Virus record (IMG/VR): IMGVR_UViG_3300027759_006101
Span: 1-64,000 of that record
Strand: one strand, 5' to 3'
DNA: 64,000 nucleotides
Made by a program: the position numbers and the translations under genes. Of the stretch, positions 61,590-64,000 are shown one piece after another. The first letter of the stretch is position 1. Each line of letters opens with the position of its first letter. The notes below the pieces were generated by a model. The model was not told the DNA's origin. It did no database searches and saw only the letters and a list, made by a program, of their open reading frames with translations.

Positions 61590-64000
61590 ATGTGGTACTC
61601 AAGAATTATCGAATCTGCAACAGCGTGGGACGTTTTATCTACTAAAGAAGTAACTTGGGCTGGATCCTTCTCCAGAACATTCAAAGATTTTTCATTTTAC
61701 GATGCAAATGAAATGCCAACAATGACTGCTTTGCTAAAACTCATAGGAGAAGTTGAAAAAGGCAAGGGCAATGATTCAATACTAGAAAAATATTTTGAAA
61801 AAGCAAAAGTCGATATTAATGCTTTATCAGATATTTCTATATTTTGTCATAGTATGTCAAAATTTATTGATAGTGAGATGAAAAAACAAGGAAGTTCTGC
61901 AAATACAGATATGATGAAAGTTTTAGACTTTCTTGGAAAACTTAATGAATTTATTAGGTCGCAAGGCCAAGAAGGTTTGGAATTAGGTCAAAAAATTACA
62001 GACTATAATAGTCTGAAGTATTCTGTAAATAGTACATTAGGTATGGGCTACACCACACTTAACTTACTTTTACGAAAAGGCACAAATCTAAATGAATCTT
62101 TAGCTATGTTTGTTTTACGTGGAGATGATATCACGAGATTAGGATATCCATCAAGCGAACAGAGAGATTTGCTCCTTGATCAAATTATAGAGGCTAAACC
62201 AGAATTACAATATTTTCAAGATCATACAAGTGTAATCAACTTAATCAGACGTGGTGAAGGAAATTTTTACTTACCGCAAATAGAAGAATATATTTATTCA
62301 GGAATTGATGAAAGCAAAGTTTTAGAAGTTCTTTTTAAATTATTGTTACATGGTACTCCACAAGATAAAGTTGCATCATTATTATCTTTACTTCCTAACA
62401 AATATAGACTAGCAGTTGCAATAAAAATAGATGAGTACAAAGATTTTGAAAACTTCTCTAAAATTATGGCTTCTAAACTGTATTCAAGCATATCTGAACA
62501 TGATTTCAATAGTGAAACTTCTTTTCTTGCAAAATTAAAATCTTTCAAAACTTTTCTTGAACTAATTTACAGTAAAGGAGACGAATGTACTCCGCTTTTC
62601 ATACAAATGGGGCTTGCAAAACCTGAAGTTATAATTAGATATTTAGAAAAAAATCCAGAAGACTTTGAAAAATTTTCTGAGGATATTTTAGATAGTCTTG
62701 GTGCTGAAGTTAAAAATAAAGTTGTTAAAAATGGTGTTCAAGCAAAAACAAGAATACAAAATGATGGTTTTGCTGCTTTAGAAAAAGCACAATCAGAAAA
62801 AGTTATTGAAGTTAAAAAAGCAACTGAAACTTCCCTTAACTGGGCATATGGTAAAAATCCAAATAAAGTGACTGCTCCTAATGGTATGTCTGAAAGTGAG
62901 CTCAGACAGAAACAAAAAACAGATGAAGTTTTCGATAAATTTATGATTTCTTACGAAGACCGTATGAAGCAAGAATCACCTTTTGCTGGTGTCAGTGAAG
63001 AAAACATTGAAAAATATTCTGATCAAATGGTCATTATAGAGTTTAGCACTTGGGCTCTCAAAGATTTTATGAGAAGGAATAATATTCCTAAGTTGAAATT
63101 AGGTCCAGTTGATTTCACCGAAGAAAAATGGGGAGGATTATTTGTACCAAGATTTCCAACAAAGGATAGAGGTCCTGTTCCTGCAATCATTATCAAAACA
63201 GATATATGGCAACAATTAGCATATCACAAAGCATTAGCAGAAAATATAGGTATGGATGCTCAGCATTATCTTGAAGCAACAAAAAGACACGAAGTTGCTC
63301 ACGCCTTACAATATCTTCAGTCTGGTGATTTTTCATTGCAAGATTCTGTTGAATTAAATCCAGAATTAACTCCAGAAGAAGCATATATTGCAAACCCGTC
63401 AGAACTTTATGCAAGAGTTCACGGAGATATTCCTTATCTCTCTAAAATATTTGATGCTCATATTGGTAAATTAATGTCAGATCCAAAGATATATCAAGCA
63501 GCCAAAGAACAATGGATACTTGATATTCAAGACGAAATGGTTCACTTAATGTCTGGTGGCACTAACGCCAAAAGATTACTTGAGGATATGGAAACTGGCA
63601 GATTTGGTAGTTACACAACATCTACTGGTCAAACAATAAAATTATCAGATCCTCTTGAAGCAATTAATAAAATGTTGCAACGTCAAAGGAATAGATTAGA
63701 AATGATCTTCCATGAGACATTCCAAATTCAAGGAAGAAGAGATTATAGAAGAGGTTTAATAGGTAAAAAAAATCAACTTGCTAGACAAATTGAATCTTCT
63801 CCAATTGATAGTCCTGAAAGAACAAAATTAGAAAAAGAATTAAAAGAAGTGCAATCAAAATTAGTTGAATCTGGAAAAATGTTAATCTTTGACGTAAAGG
63901 ATGTTACTGAAGGAGTGATCGAAGGATACCTAGCAGATTACTTTGGTAAAATTGCAAAGGCCGTAGCAGATGGTTTGCTCACTACTGATGTTGTAAATCC
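61590..64000 (+). CDS. Partial (runs off the right edge) large protein with a zincin HExxH metallopeptidase motif, >=803 aa, absent from the ORF track
   Basis: Manual translation MWYSRIIESATAW... open to 64000; EATKRHEVAHALQY (HEVAH at 63288-63302) then NPSELYAR. Confidence 0.8.
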   Translation, partial: MWYSRIIESATAWDVLSTKEVTWAGSFSRTFKDFSFYDANEMPTMTALLKLIGEVEKGKGNDSILEKYFEKAKVDINALSDISIFCHSMSKFIDSEMKKQGSSANTDMMKVLDFLGKLNEFIRSQGQEGLELGQKITDYNSLKYSVNSTLGMGYTTLNLLLRKGTNLNESLAMFVLRGDDITRLGYPSSEQRDLLLDQIIEAKPELQYFQDHTSVINLIRRGEGNFYLPQIEEYIYSGIDESKVLEVLFKLLLHGTPQDKVASLLSLLPNKYRLAVAIKIDEYKDFENFSKIMASKLYSSISEHDFNSETSFLAKLKSFKTFLELIYSKGDECTPLFIQMGLAKPEVIIRYLEKNPEDFEKFSEDILDSLGAEVKNKVVKNGVQAKTRIQNDGFAALEKAQSEKVIEVKKATETSLNWAYGKNPNKVTAPNGMSESELRQKQKTDEVFDKFMISYEDRMKQESPFAGVSEENIEKYSDQMVIIEFSTWALKDFMRRNNIPKLKLGPVDFTEEKWGGLFVPRFPTKDRGPVPAIIIKTDIWQQLAYHKALAENIGMDAQHYLEATKRHEVAHALQYLQSGDFSLQDSVELNPELTPEEAYIANPSELYARVHGDIPYLSKIFDAHIGKLMSDPKIYQAAKEQWILDIQDEMVHLMSGGTNAKRLLEDMETGRFGSYTTSTGQTIKLSDPLEAINKMLQRQRNRLEMIFHETFQIQGRRDYRRGLIGKKNQLARQIESSPIDSPERTKLEKELKEVQSKLVESGKMLIFDVKDVTEGVIEGYLADYFGKIAKAVADGLLTTDVVN

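Noticed and set aside
314-63414. The many 60-120 aa ORFs in the track that overlap long genes on the other strand or frame (e.g. 314-589, 4168-4374, 6262-6552, 24968-25318, 42048-43521, 44804-46123, 62294-62548, 63193-63414)
   Set aside because: They are shadows of long, motif-bearing ORFs, with no SD or family motif; 314-589, 62294-62548 and 63193-63414 lie within the two unlisted edge ORFs
1-64000. Genome-wide stop-codon reassignment (TGA or TAG)
   Set aside because: TGA stops form ATGA/GTGA overlaps with downstream starts (20442, 23546, 27747, 29946, 30956, 38636), and TAG stops (6700, 7874, 8427, 10197) are followed by intergenic DNA or quick in-frame stops; only the 55867 TGA is anomalous
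1-64000. CRISPR array, tRNA, rRNA, transposase or integrase
   Set aside because: No regularly spaced repeats, cloverleaf signatures or DDE/tyrosine recombinase motifs seen; intergenic gaps are short and mostly explained by promoters and terminators

Overview
64 kb segment of a large, AT-rich tailed dsDNA phage (Caudoviricetes, probably jumbo-class) read in the standard genetic code. From left to right: (i) a leftward block of large uncharacterised proteins (<1-5522); (ii) a rightward neck/tail operon (5575-22763) with a Mu gp36-like adaptor, large beta-rich tail/baseplate proteins with a PA14-like domain, two tail-tube-like paralogs and chaperone-like genes; (iii) a 21-gene, ~17.6 kb divergently transcribed sugar-biosynthesis island (22743-40395) sitting where the tail and head operons converge; (iv) a leftward head/packaging operon (40446-61415) with HK97-fold MCP, decoration protein, scaffold, a 1379-aa protease polyprotein, a portal fused to a DUF559/Vsr-like nuclease, many head-associated proteins, TerL and a TerS candidate; (v) a partial rightward HExxH metalloprotease gene missed by the ORF track (61590->64000). 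Main leads: the island appears able to make and attach 3,6-dideoxy, branched-chain and possibly carbocyclic sugars; a repeated [KR]-[TVIL]-A-[SQ] motif plus an N-terminal WY/RFKKV tag across head proteins suggests an assemblin-like Ala|Ser maturation and packaging code; an in-frame UGA joins a head gene to the conserved N-terminus of a DUF192 domain; and there are two promoter classes (AAAGG-N18-AGAA, and GTATAAT-N6/7-ATG leaderless). All family calls come from manual motif recognition; no database or HMM search was run. No tRNA, rRNA, CRISPR array or transposase was seen.
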